64,000 nt of DNA, from positions 17,980,001-18,044,000 of the forward strand of contig OY740816.1 of NCBI GenBank assembly GCA_963514005.1, written 5' to 3'. A model generated the notes under the pieces. It saw only the letters and a program-made list of their open reading frames with translations, searched no databases and had not been told where the DNA came from. Of the stretch, positions 1 through 13,145 are shown piece after piece (positions within the stretch are counted from its first letter, which is position 1; each line of letters opens with the position of its first letter). The translations under genes were made by a program, and so were the position numbers. This stretch comes from Raja brachyura. Its lineage: Eukaryota.

Positions 1-689
1 GTGGCAGCAGCAGAGTGGTGCCATGGGATGTCTAGAATGCAGCTGTGAGAATGTTTGGAGTTAGTAATTTAAGCAAAGGGGTGATACGGAATTAAATAGG
101 GACTAATCATTGATGACCTGTGATGATGAAATTCCTTACGGAGGTTGCCTTTGACTGTATAGGGCATAGTTTACTTTTGATCAAAGGTTCCTAAGTTGCA
201 CACAGTGAAATAGACAGTGAACTGGATATAGAAAATGGAAATGCATTGATTTAAAACAGAAAATGGTGTTAAGTTGTGCATTTGGGAAAGAATGAGAAGC
301 AGTTTGAATTGGATGGCTAAATCTTTTCAAATATGATGCAGGAAAGAAAACAGAGTAAAGGTTGTCAGCCTTGAGGCTACTTGCAATTTGGATTTGCAAA
401 GATTTAAGGAAATAGTAACAAAGATGCATAATAAGTAATCATGTATATTTATAATATGATGATTACTGCTTGTGTTGCAGAACCTTTCAGTTTATAAATT
501 GGTCATGTGCAGAAATGCTTTAGGATGCACGGACCTAGAATTTGTGTATGTAAGTTTCATGGACCCTTAGGTTAACATAATTTGGGACAGTTTACCAAAT
601 TAAGCAAGTTTCTTTCATGCTTAGCTAAAATCTTGCCTGTAGTGAGTGCAATGAAGATGAACTGAAGAAAACTAGTCTGATATAAGACT

Positions 690-2350
690 AGTTCGCATAC
701 CGCCACAACAGGTCAATGGTAGATGCAATTTCACTGGTTCTCCACTCCACACAGGACCACTTGAACAATAAAAACACCTACGTCAGGCTGTTGTTTCTAG
801 GCTACAGCTCGGCGTTTAATACCATCATCCCTTCCAAGCTGGTTACCAAACTCACGGAACTGGGCCTCTGCGCATCCCTCTGCAATTGGATCCTCGACTT
901 CCTCATCCACAAACCACAGTCTGTTCAAATTGGAGGAACCACTTCTTCCTGAGAGAATGGAGCAGCTGGGCTGTACACTCTGGAGTTTAGAAGGATGAGA
1001 GAGCATCTCATTGAAACATATAAGATTGTTAAGGGCTTGGACACACTAGAGGCAGGAAACATGTTCCTGATGTTGGGGGACTCCAGAACCAGGGGCCACA
1101 GTTTAAGAATAAAGAGTAAGCCATTTAGAATGGAGACGAGGAAACACTTTTTCTCACAGAGAGTGGTGAGTCTGTGGAATTCTCTGCCTCAGAGGACGGT
1201 GGAGGAAGGTTCTCTGGATGCTTTCAAGAGAGAGCTAGATAGGGCTCTTAAAATAGCGGAGTCAGGGGATATGGGGAGAAGGCAGGAACGGGGTACTGAT
1301 TGGAGATGATCAGCCATGATCACATTGAATGGCAGCGCTGGCTCGAAGAGCCAAATGACCTACTGTTGCATCTATTGTCTATCAGAAACAATTAGCACGG
1401 GAGCACCTCAAGGCTGCATGCCTAGCCCCCTGCTTTACTCACTCTATACCCATGACTGCTTAGCCGGTCACAGTGTGAACTCCATCATCAAGTTCGCCGA
1501 TGACACCACTGTGGTTGGACGAATCACAGATGGGGCCGAGTCAAAGTATAGAAGTGAGATCAACCGACTGACCAAATGGTGCCAGCACAACAACCTGGCT
1601 TTCAACATCAGTAAGACCGAGGAACTGATTGTGGACTTTAGTAGGGAAAGGATGAGGACCCACAATCATTTTTATATCAACGGGGCGATGGTGGAGAGGG
1701 TCAATAACTTCAAATTCCTGGGCGTGCATATATCAGAAGATCTTTCCTGGACCCATGCAATTGTAAAGAAGGCACATCAGCGACTCTACTTCTTGAGAAG
1801 ATTACGGAGATTTGGCATGTCGAAGAAGATTCTCCTAAACCTCTACAGGTGCACGGTAGAGAGCATTCTGACTGGTTGCATCGTGGCCTGGTTCGGCAAC
1901 TTGAACGTCCAGGAGTGAAAAAAACTACAAAAAGTTGTACCGCTGCCCAGTCCATCGTTGGCTTTGACCTCCCCACCGTCGAAGAGATCTATCGTAGTCG
2001 CTGCCTCAAAAAGGCAGCCAAAATCATCAAGGACCCACACCGTCCTGGCCACATACTTATCTCACCACTGCCATCAGGAAGAAGGTACAGGAGCCTGAAG
2101 ACTGTAACGTCCAGGTTCAGGAACCGTTTCTTCCCCACAGCCATTAGGCTATTAAACACAACAAATAAGCTATGAGCTCAGAACTCTATTTTTTATTATT
2201 TGCACTATATTTGTTATTTATTAAACTTTTTCTTTATTTTTCTGTTATATACTATGTTTACATATTCCCATATTCTGTTGTGCTGCAGCAAGTAAGAATT
2301 TCATTGTCCCATCCGGGACATATGACAATAAAACACTCTTGACTCTTGAC
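690..2350 (+). mobile_element. Rex1/Babar-type LINE, 5'-truncated and decayed, interrupted by a CR1 fragment
   Basis: RT motifs [18 protein letters not shown] and IIKFADDTT in ORF 1316..1918, upstream RT part in ORF 716..952; ends in ctcttgactcttgac tail. Confidence 0.88.
951..1381 (+). mobile_element. CR1/HER1-type LINE 3' end nested in the Rex1 element
   Basis: LIETYKIVKG...SRTRGHSL...FFSQRVVSLWNSLP is the CR1 ORF2 C-terminus; Rex1 RT resumes after it. Confidence 0.9.
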
Positions 2351-2756
2351 ATGACATTTTAATCATATGCAAAACTGGGGAAGCTGGGCACATTTTGCTT
2401 GGTGCAGAGATGGTTAAGGGAAGTATTATGATCATGTCTCCCGAGTGAATTAGTAAAAAAAACGTTTCACCTGGCTGGAAATGGAAGATGCAGATTTAAT
2501 GTATTTGGCAAGAAGACTGTCTTCCATGCTGTAAGTATCTGCATCAAAAATTTGGAACTGCATTTGAAAATCAAAAATTGTATGCTGGATATGTGAAATT
2601 AAAGCTAAATTATAAATAGCAGGTAGATAAATTATTTCATGATATTCATGAATGGCTGGATACAGTATGTATTACATTAGTTTAATTATGATCAGCATTC
2701 AGGACATTTGTTTATAGGGTGTCTATTTAATGAAATGAAAGAATTATCGGAAGTAT

Positions 2757-3849
2757 ATGCAGAGTGATACAATATTGGAAGCTATCATAAATAGATTTTT
2801 CTGACTTAGAAATTTATGCACAGACATTTCTCAGGAACGGAGCCCTTGCATACATGGGAACTGCATGTACAATTTAGTGATTTCAGCAAATATTTATAAA
2901 AGATTGTGACTGCACAGTCAAATCGGCTTGTTTTTTTTCTTTTTCTCGATAGCAGCTAGTAGCAATACGCCAAAGCTATTTCAATGTTCAACTGTGAACA
3001 AATTCTGGTCAGGGCCTGTGACAATCAAGGTTTCATGGTCAGTTTATTGTCACACGTACCAATTAAGGTACGGTGAAATTTGAGTTGCCATACTAAGTGA
3101 AAAACAACAAGACACACAACCACATAAAAGTTAACATAAACATCCATCACAGTGGATTCCACATTCCTCACTGATGGAAGGCAATAAAGTTCAACCTTCT
3201 TCCTCCTTTGTTCTCCCGCCGTCGGGGCAGTCAAACCATCCGCAGTTGGGTTAATCAAAGCCCCCGCAGCCGACAATCGAAGCCCCCGCATCGGGGCAGT
3301 TGAAACTCTCTGCGGCATGGATCTCCCGAGTCGGTCACTTCTTATCAGAGACTACGGGCCTCGCGGTGTAAGTCCACAGGCCAGTTGGAGCTTCGATCCC
3401 TGGCAAAGTCCCGCAGACTCCCGCAGCTTGGAGTGCCCGTCGGTCTCCAGGAAAGGCCGCCAACTCCATGATGTTAGGCCGCAGTGGGGACGGAGGTACG
3501 ATACGGGGGGGGGGGGGGGGGGGGGGAATATTGCATTTCCGTCGAGGTAAGAGATTGAAAAAAAGTTTCCCCACACACACATAAAACAAACCAAGGAACA
3601 CTAAATATAAACTTTTAACACATGCTAAAAATAACAAAAAGAAAGGACAGACAAACTGTTGGCGAGGCAGCCACTGAATTACATTCACAGTTGTCAATTA
3701 TAAATCAAATCTTTCACAGATATTTTCTGAAATCACTGAATTTAACAAGCCGCCCCCATGTTATTGAAGAGCTGCAAAATATCTGTACGCTGATTTCTAG
3801 GTCGGAAGAATCTGTTTACTATAGCTACTCGTATTGTATCACTCTGCAT
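2757..3849. mobile_element. non-autonomous DNA transposon (MITE) with an internal retroposon insertion
   Basis: Perfect 18-bp inverted repeat atgcagagtgatacaata (2757-2774) / tattgtatcactctgcat (3832-3849) with further imperfect complementarity inward; a related partial copy lies near 4620-4915. Confidence 0.7.
3025..3675 (-). mobile_element. GC-rich non-autonomous retroposon with a Rex1/L2-like 3' tail
   Basis: Starts with tttattgtcaca (reverse of a tgtgacaataaa LINE-type tail); CpG-rich body unlike the surrounding AT-rich intron. Confidence 0.6.
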
Positions 3850-4075
3850 TGTAGCTTTAAAACTAACAGCTGAGGAGGTTGAGAACTGATGTGAACACTA
3901 CTTGTAACCTACTACTTACCATGGGCAATCTTTGTCACAGAAGGCATTGTTATCCTTGGACCTACTTGTACTACTTAAAACATTTGTCTGTTTCTTGGTA
4001 ATCTATTTTTCTTCTCTACCGTAAATTAATTTTAGTTGTCTTAATTAATTTTTGACAAATCAAAGCTATGTTGAT

Positions 4076-4254
4076 AGACACAAAATGCTGGAGTAACTCA
4101 GCGGACTGGCAACATCTCGAGATAAAAGGAATGGGTGAAGTTTCTGATCGAGACCCTTCAGTCTGCAGAAAGGCCTCGACCCGTTACGTCACCCCTTCCT
4201 ATCCACCATGTGTCTATCTTTGGTGTAAACCAACATCTGTAGTTCCTTCCTTCA
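4076..4254. mobile_element. Penelope-derived foldback element
   Basis: agacacaaaatgctggagtaactcagc arm plus inverted partner; 15-bp TSD caaagc(t/a)atgttgat at 4061-4075 and 4255-4269. Confidence 0.8.
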
Positions 4255-4720
4255 CAAAGCAATGTTGATTGCAGACAGACATTGGCAAAAAGGGTCCAAG
4301 GCCCCAATGGTCAGGGATGTAATTTTTCTCATTGCATTAATTTCATAGATCAAATCTCATTTAAAGGCAATAGTTTATTATCATAGAATAACAAGCTGCT
4401 CTTTCTTTAAAGAAATCTTGGTTCCTGGTGCACATGGCTTGCCTTTATTTGTGTTGTCTGGAACATGCAAAAATTGGATTAGTGGCATGATTGACACCCA
4501 TGTTTTGAGTGTAGTTGTCACAGGCTCCTAAACAAAATTTGGTCATAATTGAACATTTGAAATCGCTCTGGGTGTTGCTACCAGTTAATATCAGAAAAAA
4601 ATGGAAAAGTTAACAGATTTGCCTGCACAGTCACAATCTTTTGCAGATGTTTGCTCAAATCACTGAATTGTATAGGCAGTCAGTCCCCATGTTATGCAAA
4701 GGATTTGTTCCTGTGAAATG

Positions 4721-4860
4721 TGTAGGAAGGAACAGGAGATGCCGGTTTAAACTGATATACACGAAAAGCGGGTGTACCTCTGTGGGTCAGAGAGCATTTC
4801 TGGGGAAAAGTAATAGGTGATGTTTCGGGTCGAGACTCTTCAGGCTGGGGAATGTCTGAA
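4721..4860 (-). mobile_element. Penelope-derived pLTR fragment
   Basis: ggtgatgtttcgggtcgagactcttcag motif shared with the other copies. Confidence 0.7.
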
Positions 4861-7469
4861 AGCCGATTTCTCAGTCAGAAAAATCAGTTTACTCGGCTCG
4901 TCATATTGTATCACTTGATATAATTCATTCATGCTACAATTGTTTTCTGATGCATTCTTGGTCATCTATCACATTTTAAATATGACTAAGAATGCTCCAG
5001 AAAATTGCAAGTCATTGAAACTGTCACTCATCTATCAGAAAGGTCAATGGGATTCTTCAAACAAGAGACTGGTATCCTATACTAAGCTTGTAATTGTGTT
5101 TCCAATCATAGCTGACTAATTTATTTGTAGTTCGGTAACAATTTAGCATGCTGCTATAATTACATTTCCATATGTAGCAGAAAAGAAGCTTCCATAATTA
5201 TTGGTTACCTGCACTTCTCCATGAAATGATAATGCATTGGAGCATCGGCAAAACGCACTCTTTTGATATTCGTTTTGTTAAGAAATTGAACCATTCTACT
5301 GTGAATCCCAATGTAGGTTATAATTAGATTTTCTTTTTACATGTTTGCAGGGTATGATTCTTTTGATCTTAATAAAATCAAACTAGGATTAAATGCAATT
5401 ATTGAGTATGCTGGAAACATCATAATCTGTTATATGCAATCCTTAATATATTTACATGAAAGAAACTGATTAAACATTTCATTGAAACATTTTTCAGTTA
5501 ATTATTCAATTTCGATGGAAAAGGTTTTTAACTGCAGTTAAGTAAATAAGATTACATTTTGCTGCAAAGTGACAATGTATATTTATAACAGTGTAGATTG
5601 TTGTTCCACATGCAGTCTCCTTTCTCAGTCTCATCACATGCAGAATGATTTTATTGGTGAGCGCGAACAGGATTATACACCTGCATTAAAGTTGTAGGTC
5701 ATTTGCAGAGTAGGGTTTGTAGGTTGTTTCAATAACAAGGATGAGCCTTTTATACATGGTGTTGGAAGCAAATGTGCACTTAGGGTAAGTTGAGTGCTTT
5801 TATTTCTGATCGTTGTCTTGGGATGCTTTTGGCAATATTTTCTTTTAGTGCCTTGGCCCTTGAATTTCCCGCCAGCATGATTAATTGTGTTGTGTCATTC
5901 TAAAACTTGGGTCACCAAGAGAGAAGAACTGAGGCAGCAAAATGGGCGTCAGTTTTAAACCGGATTAATAGAGTTTTAAAAATCAGCATAATCCCAAATA
6001 ATTCTGAAATACAAAGAATGCGGGGACATTGTAGGTATTTAAAAGATAAAGCGAAAACAGGGGGAAAAATTGCGATGGACTGTTGATGTAACAATGAATG
6101 CTGCCTTTTTTTCAGTAACTTGTAATTTTAGCTCTTCGTTTAGAGAGGGTAGTCTATATGGAGCACCATGCCATATTTTGGAGTTCCCCCATCACCACCA
6201 GTTGAAGGTTATATATTCCAAAATGTCACATGTTACTTTCAACTTGAATTAATAGAGTGAGTAAAAAAATTTAAGAAACTTAAGTAGCAATTCTTCAATC
6301 ACAAAATAAATATGTTGGTGGGTATTTCTGTTTAATTATTTGGTGGCCAAATTGTCCGTTTGCTGAGCATTTCATTTTGGACATCTTAAACCTTTGTAGA
6401 ATAACTGTTAGTTTGAATGATTTTATTGGCTAATATCTGCATACCAAAACCAAATGCTATCCCTTTTCTCTCATTTTATTTTTAGAGCAACAGTTTGACT
6501 CTTTAAGGAATCTAGTTGTTCTTCTTACTTTGCAAAAATCTCTAAACGCCTGTTTTCGCTTTTTTATTATGGGGTATTGTGCGTAGATCGATTTAATTAT
6601 TATTTTTTAATCAATTTTGGAATAAGGCATCTTGGCATCGTGTTTGGTTCAGACTTTGCGGACCAAAGGGCATGTGCTTGTATTCTACTGTTCAATGTAA
6701 CACAGTGAGATTACCTTAATCAGAAGAACTCAATTTTCAAGTTGACAACATCATGGGCAGTTGGGGATGGGTAATAAATGTTGTCATTGCCAGCAATATC
6801 AGTGGGCTGGATATTTACTGTGTTACTGTGATTAAATTAGATTCCCACACACAATGCTGCATTTAGTAAATGATTTCTGCAAGAGGCAGAGTTTCAAAGA
6901 CCACGGTAACTTGAGTTGTTTCATATTAGTGTTGATGTCTGTTAGGACGTGTTTCATTTGGCAGACGTTAGGCAGTCTTGTATTTTTTTTTTGGGGGGGT
7001 GGATTAATAGGTGAAATAAATTACACATGACCCAATTTATTTGATCAGTCCCCTTCAATATGCTGTTGTAATATGGAGAACACTGGCGCAGTAAAATAAG
7101 TTCATGTTCGTTGAAGTGAGAGCTGTATGTAAGATGCGTGTGTGTACTTTGTGAACTTTTGAGGAGAATATGGATTTTGTTTTTGGAAACCTCCACTGTT
7201 TTGAAATGGTGTACAAAGATTAATATTGGTATATTATTGAAAAACATAATTGCATTTGCTAGCCATTTGTGTTTTAAATTGTACAGTATTCCTGATTATA
7301 ACATTGATTTTATACAAGCCAGTAGCAAACACCCAGGCCTTAGTTTTGTTAACTTGAATTAATTCCAGTAGTATTAATACATAAGGAATTTTAAGGTACT
7401 TAATTTCGGAGTGACTGGAAGGTTGCTTGTGAGTTGTAGCCAATGTCTTGATCTTTTGTTTGCTTTTAG

Positions 7470-7598
7470 GCAAAAATGGACAACCGACAATATGGGGATG
7501 CTCAAGACTTTGCAGCAGATGTTCGGTTGATGTTCTCCAATTGTTACAAATATAATCCTCCTGATCATGAAGTGGTTGCGATGGCAAGAAAACTACAG
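7470..7598 (+). CDS. BRD4: BRD4 exon, bromodomain 2 C-terminal half ([43 protein letters not shown])
   Basis: ttttag|GCA acceptor, CAG|gtttgt donor, 129 bp, phase 0-0; BET BD2 signature [13 protein letters not shown]. Not in ORF track (too short). Confidence 0.97.
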
Positions 7599-7612
7599 GT
7601 TTGTATGTGGTT

Positions 7613-7907
7613 GGTTTATTTAGTTTAGTTCGGAGATGCAGTGCGAAACGGTCCCTTTGGCTCACCGAATCCGCACCAACCAGCGATCCCTGCACATTAA
7701 TACTATCCCTCACACACTAGAGGCAATTTACATTTATACCAAACCGATAAACCTACAAACCTGTATATCTTTAGTGTGTGGAAGGAAACCGAAAATCTCG
7801 GAGAAAACTCAACACGATCATATGGAGAACGTACAAACGCCGTACAGATAACACCCGTAGTCGGGATCAAACCCAGGTCTCCGACGCTGTAAGGCAGCCA
7901 CTGTGTC
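7613..7907 (-). mobile_element. HE1-like tRNA-derived V-SINE
   Basis: Reverse complement of the 50320 copy: B-box-like head, V-domain (ggaaggaaaccg...ggagaacgtacaaac) and CR1-type tail. Confidence 0.85.
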
Positions 7908-8526
7908 GTCAGAAAGGAATACTTATTTAATTGGATCCCTCTACTGGACAAGAAACATATATTGTTCTAAGACAGGGTTCCATAGTATGGTGGGAAGGCT
8001 AAGACGTGTAACTAAATTGGATTTAAGCTATATGGTTGTATGTTTTTAATGGAAGGGACAAATTAAAGTAGCCTTAAGGCAGTTCCTGCAAATGAAAATT
8101 TATATCTCATTCGTTGTCCCCAATCTGTCATTGAGGTCAATAACGGAGTAAGACCATTGGTCGGAAATGTAGAAAACAGACGTTAAAGTTATGAATGCAA
8201 GTCAATAAGGTCAAGGTAATTGTATCCGATCGTGGGATGGCGCAGTGATAACACTTTTGTCTGTGAATCAAGAGATCTCGGATTCAGACAGTGTTCCAAA
8301 AAATTAAGCAGCTAATGCAAGTTGACATGATTATATTACTGACCAAGTACTATTCGAAATGGCAACTCTCATATATTCAATTGAATGTCTATCCATTGAA
8401 TATCTATCTAGTCAATTGTACACAAATGCGCTTATGGCACGTTATCATGTATTTCTTAATGTTAACAGGTGTTTGTTCACCTATCACATTGCTGTTGATG
8501 AGTTTGTGCAAAAGAGCTGCTTTCTT

Positions 8527-8727
8527 GTAGACACCCAATGCCGGAGTAACATAGGAAAACGGATTGGTGGCATGTCGGGTCAGCACCCTTCTTCAGACTG
8601 AAGAAGGTGTCTGAAGAAGGGTCCCCACCCGAAAAGTCACCTATCCATTTTCCCCAGCGATGCTGCGTGAACCGCTGAGTTATTTCAGCATTTTGTGTCT
8701 CTGATATAAACCAGCATCTGCAGTTCG
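8527..8727. mobile_element. Penelope-derived foldback element with a near-intact hammerhead core
   Basis: CTGAAGA-A-GGGT-cccc-ACCC-GAAA-a-GTC at 8611-8638; inverted arms. Confidence 0.8.
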
Positions 8728-9981
8728 TTGTTATTAAGTAGCAACTGTTTTATGTCCTTTTTTCATTTCTAACTCCACTTGGTGGTGAATTGCCATGAGT
8801 ATGTGAAAGCTGCCATATAGCAACTTATTTTTTCTTGACATATTGCACTATTAAAAATCAGAGCAAATTAACGATTTTGAATTATTCCATGCCTTTGTTT
8901 TTTGTACAATTAAAATATCGTGCCCCATAATTTAAGTAGTGGAGAGGGTACATTACATACTTCACAAAACCAAGCAGTGTTTTAATTGTGAGGGTTTCAA
9001 AATCAAGACCATTAAAATAGAAGAATGACAATGGTTTCTATTGTTTTTGTGAGGGTAAATAGTGAGCTATTCTTTCCACTAGATGGACAATTGGTAATAA
9101 AGTTTATATATCTGGAATTTATTAGAGCCCAGGCTTGCGTTGGGTTCAAATTGCTCGTGGTCAGCTCAGGATACATAACTCTGGATTTGGGTTGATTTTG
9201 TTAACTTTATGCCCGAGCTGATCATTAACTGGTTGATTAATTTTACAGAGTTTAAAATATCGCTCTCACTTTGATAACTGCAACAGTATTAAAATGCTGA
9301 ATTGGAAGGCATTGAAGTAAGAGACTGTTTACTTGATCCCTGCAGTAATTTTGAGGTCCATAATTATATTTGATCAATTTCTAGTTGGGAATTTTGTTTT
9401 TCATTTTCAGATATGTAACTTTTTATTAAGGAAACTATTCAATTTCAATTCGGCATCTTTTACCCGAGTTTTGTCATATGAATGAATAAAAATGTATTAG
9501 CCAAGTATGTATACAAAGAAGGAATTTGCCTTGGTGCTTTACACGCAACGATAAAAACACAATATATAGTAGACAATTAAAAATAGCATATAATTTAAAC
9601 ACGTGAAAATAAAGTACCAGAGTAAAAAGAGGCTACTTTTGGCTATTGAGGAGAGCTACTGCTCATGGAAAAAAGCTGTTTTTATGTCTGGCTGTGGAAG
9701 CTTTGATGGTCTGGAGTCGCCTCCCAGAGGGAATTACTTCAAAGAGTTTGTGGCCAGGGTGAGAGGGGTCAGAGATGATCTTACCCGCTCGCTTCCTGGT
9801 CCTTGCAGTGTACAATTCGTCAATGGGGATGGGGGGGGGGGGGATGGTTACAGCCAACAACTTTCTCAACTGATCGAATAATGCACCTCAGCCTCCGGAT
9901 ATGATGGTTGGGCCAAACCAGACCACGATAGAGGAGGTGAGGACAGACTATAATATTGTAAAACTGGGCCATCATTGCCTG

Positions 9982-10191
9982 GTAGACACAAAAAAAAGGG
10001 AGTATCTCAGTGGGACAGGCAGCATCTCTGGAGAGAAGGAATGGGTGAAGTTTTGGGTCTAGACCCTTCTGACTGAAAACCCGAAACATCACCCATTCCT
10101 TCTCTCCTGAGATGCTGCCTGTCCCGCTGAGTTACTCCAGCATTTTCTATCTACTTTCGATTTAAACCAGTATCTGCTATTCTTTCCTGCA
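9982..10191. mobile_element. Penelope-derived foldback element inside the Rex1 LINE
   Basis: Exact 13-bp TSD ccatcattgcctg at 9969-9981 and 10192-10204; inverted arms. Confidence 0.88.
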
Positions 10192-10784
10192 CCATCATTG
10201 CCTGTGGCAGGTTGTGTTTCCTTAACTGCCGCAGGAAGTACATCCTCTGTGGGGCTTTTTTGACTATGTAGTCGATGGTGGTTCTTGGAGGGGGAGCTCT
10301 CCTAAAGTCCATCAATTCCAATGTCTTAAGAACATTGAGTTCCAAGTTGCGATGGCAACAGGACGCCAGCTGCGTTACTTCCTGTCTGTAAGCAGATTCC
10401 TCCCCATCCTGGATCAGTCCAATCAGGGTTGTGTCATCCGCAAACTTGAGAAGCTTGACAGAGAGGTCTGTGGAGGTGCAGTCGTTGGTGTAGAGAGAGT
10501 AAAGGAGAGGAGATAGTACGCAGCCATGCAGTTCTCTGCTGAGGGTCAGCGGGCCGGAGATGTATTTTCCCACCCTTAAATGCTGCTGTCAGGAAGTTTG
10601 TGATCCACTGACAGAGTGGTTGAGGCACAGTCTGCTGGGAGAGTTTGGAGTGTAGTAGCTCTGGCACAATGGTGTTGAATGCAGAGCTAAAATCCACAAA
10701 CAGAATCCTTGCATAGGTCCTCTGGTGGTCTATGTGCTGTAGGATGAAGTGCAGGCCTAGGTTGACTGCGTAATCCACTGACTC

Positions 10785-11212
10785 CAAGGGATGGTGGGAC
10801 TGATGTATGATGAAAGAATGGGTCCACTGGGCTTGTATCCACTGGAATTTGGAAGGATGAGAGGAATTCTCATACTCATAGACACAAAATTCTTTAAGGA
10901 TTGGACAGGCTAGATGCAGGTAAAATGTTCCCGATGTTGGAGTCCAGAACCAGGGGTCACATTTTAAGAATAAGGGGTAGGCCATTTAGGACTGAGATGA
11001 GGAAACATTTCACCCAGAGAGTTGTGAATCTGTGGATCTGATGTTTTCAAGAGAGTGTTAGGTTTAAGAGACTTGGGGCTAAAGGAATCAAGGGATGTGG
11101 GGGAAAAAGCAGGAACTGGGTACTGATTTTAGATGATAAGCCATGATCATATTGAATGGCTGGCTCGACGGGCTGAATGGCCACTCCCGCATCTATTTTT
11201 GTATGTTTCTTT
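10785..11212 (+). mobile_element. CR1/HER1 LINE 3' end nested in the Rex1 LINE
   Basis: Similar to the 951-1381 and 47621-48165 copies (tccagaaccaggggtcac...ccatgatcatattgaatggc). Confidence 0.88.
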
Positions 11213-11786
11213 GATCTATTTACCTAGCAGGGGGTTTGTGATACTTTTCAGGTGGGCCAGCACAAGTCTTTCAAGGGGTTTGATGATTTCAGAGGTCAGT
11301 GCGACAGGTTTGTAGTCATTAAGATCAGTAATGCTTGTTTTTTTGGGTACCAGAACAATGGTGGTGACTCTGAAGCAGGCAGGGACAGTGCAGGTTTGCG
11401 GGGACCGATTGAAAATGTTTGTGTAGACTGATGCCAGTTGTTCGGCACAGAACTTAAGGGTGGAGGGGGAAACATTGTCCGGTCCTGGAGATGTCCGGCC
11501 TTCGGGGATATCTAGGTTATGTTTCTGCCTTTTGAACCTGCAGTAGAACTCATTCAGGTCGTTGGACAGCTGCCAATTGTCCAAGGAGTGGAGTGGGGGG
11601 CCTCTTGTAGCTGGTCCCCTTACATGCCCTTCCACACTGAAAATAAGTCATTAGTTGAGAACTAGCTCCTCAACTGGAAGTTGCTCCTCGTTTTGACATT
11701 AGTCTCCCTCTTTTTATGCAAGTGATTTAATGCATTGTTCAATTTAGCTGGTAGTTGGATTTCATATCCTTGCTTTGTCTTTCCAG

Positions 11787-11993
11787 GATGTGTTTGAGAT
11801 GCGTTTTGCAAAAATGCCAGACGAGCCCGTTGAACCAGTTGTTCCATCTCCTCCTCCTGTACCACCTCCAACCAACCAGGTGTCATCCTCATCCTCGAGC
11901 GACAGTAGCAGTGATAGCTCCTCTGACAGTGACAGCAGCACGGACGATTCTGAGGAGGAGCGAGCACAGCGGCTGGCTGAACTTCAAGAACAG
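11787..11993 (+). CDS. BRD4: BRD4 exon, BD2 end plus NPS serine/acidic cluster ([14 protein letters not shown]...[20 protein letters not shown])
   Basis: ttccag|GAT acceptor, CAG|gtactg donor, 207 bp, phase 0-0; inside ORF 11775..12023. Confidence 0.97.
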
Positions 11994-12885
11994 GTACTGC
12001 CTTTGAGGCCCCCATACAAATAGGTTAGCCATGATTTTAGTATCTTAGCTCCACGTTTCTACAGTAGACAGGATATTATTTTAAGTTATTTTAAACTGAA
12101 TGATTGCGACCATTTTACAATGAGTTGATATTTTGAAATAATTTGATTAGACAGCCATAAATTATTATGAATGAAACTCTAATATCCATTTATGAGTCGG
12201 TTGCATTTTTGCAGTTTTCCATTTGGTAATTTGGAAACGTCAGTTCTTGGTTGAGCGGTTTTCTTTTCTGACGCACGTCATGGGTTAGATTGTTTGAAAC
12301 AAAGTGCTAATTATCTGTGTATCCCCATTTTCACATAGTTTTTTGTCTCTATATACTTGTATGTCTACATGGATTACATTGCATTAAGAAATTTCAACGC
12401 AATTATCGGCTGTGCAGCTCCATTTATCAGGGTTCGTGTTTATCAGAGATTTACGGGTTATTTTTATATCACTTACTCAAGCCCTATTGTAATGCCCTTT
12501 GGTTCTACAGTGGGGGCATTCTTGGTCAGACTCGAACACTTAATGTGTTTGTGTCTGTTCTTATCCGTATTTTTTTTCCTCCTGTGTTTGATGGACTACC
12601 ATGTTCTCTTGAGTTATTCTCCTTTAATTTGCTGAAAATAATATTGCTTAATTTGCCAATAATATTGCTTAATTTGCCCTTGAATTTGACAAATTAGTGC
12701 TTTCCTGTCTTTCAAACCTGTAGGAATGGACGTTTTTCTGTATGAATATTAATTTTCAAAACTTTAACAATTTCTTAAGTTTTAATATCTTGCAATGGCT
12801 TGCTTATCATCTTTTTATGGGGCCATCGAATGGCAAATAACCAATTAAGTCAACTTCCATACCTCTAAGGCAATTAAAATTCTGG

Positions 12886-13145
12886 ATAGTCATAGTGTGA
12901 TACAGTGGGGAAACGGGCCCTTCGCCCCAACTTGCCCACACCGGCCAACATGTCCCAGCTACACTAGTTTCACCCCCTGCATTTGGCCCATATCCTTCCA
13001 AACCTGCCCTATCCAAGTACCCGATTAACTATTTCTTAAACATTGGGATAGTCCCTGCCACAACGAACTCCTCTGGCAGCTCGTTCCATACACCCATCAC
13101 CCTTTGTGTGAAAACGTTGCCCCTCAGATTCCTATTAAATCTTTC
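12886..13145 (-). mobile_element. CR1-type LINE 3' end
   Basis: Reverse of a ...gggccgaagggcccgtttcc... tail and of the FFTQRV-encoding region (ccctttgtgtgaaaa). Confidence 0.75.

Larger units (their letters stand above)
9478..11640 (-). mobile_element. Rex1/Babar-type LINE, decayed, with two nested insertions
   Basis: ORF pieces [37 protein letters not shown] on the minus strand; gaatgaataaa tail at 9480. Confidence 0.88.

Noticed and set aside
12637-12678. 21-bp tandem duplication (also an 18-bp duplication at 33529/33561 and a TAATC-type array near 49950)
   Set aside because: Two-copy local slippage events without spacers or associated genes; not CRISPR-like or functional on present evidence.
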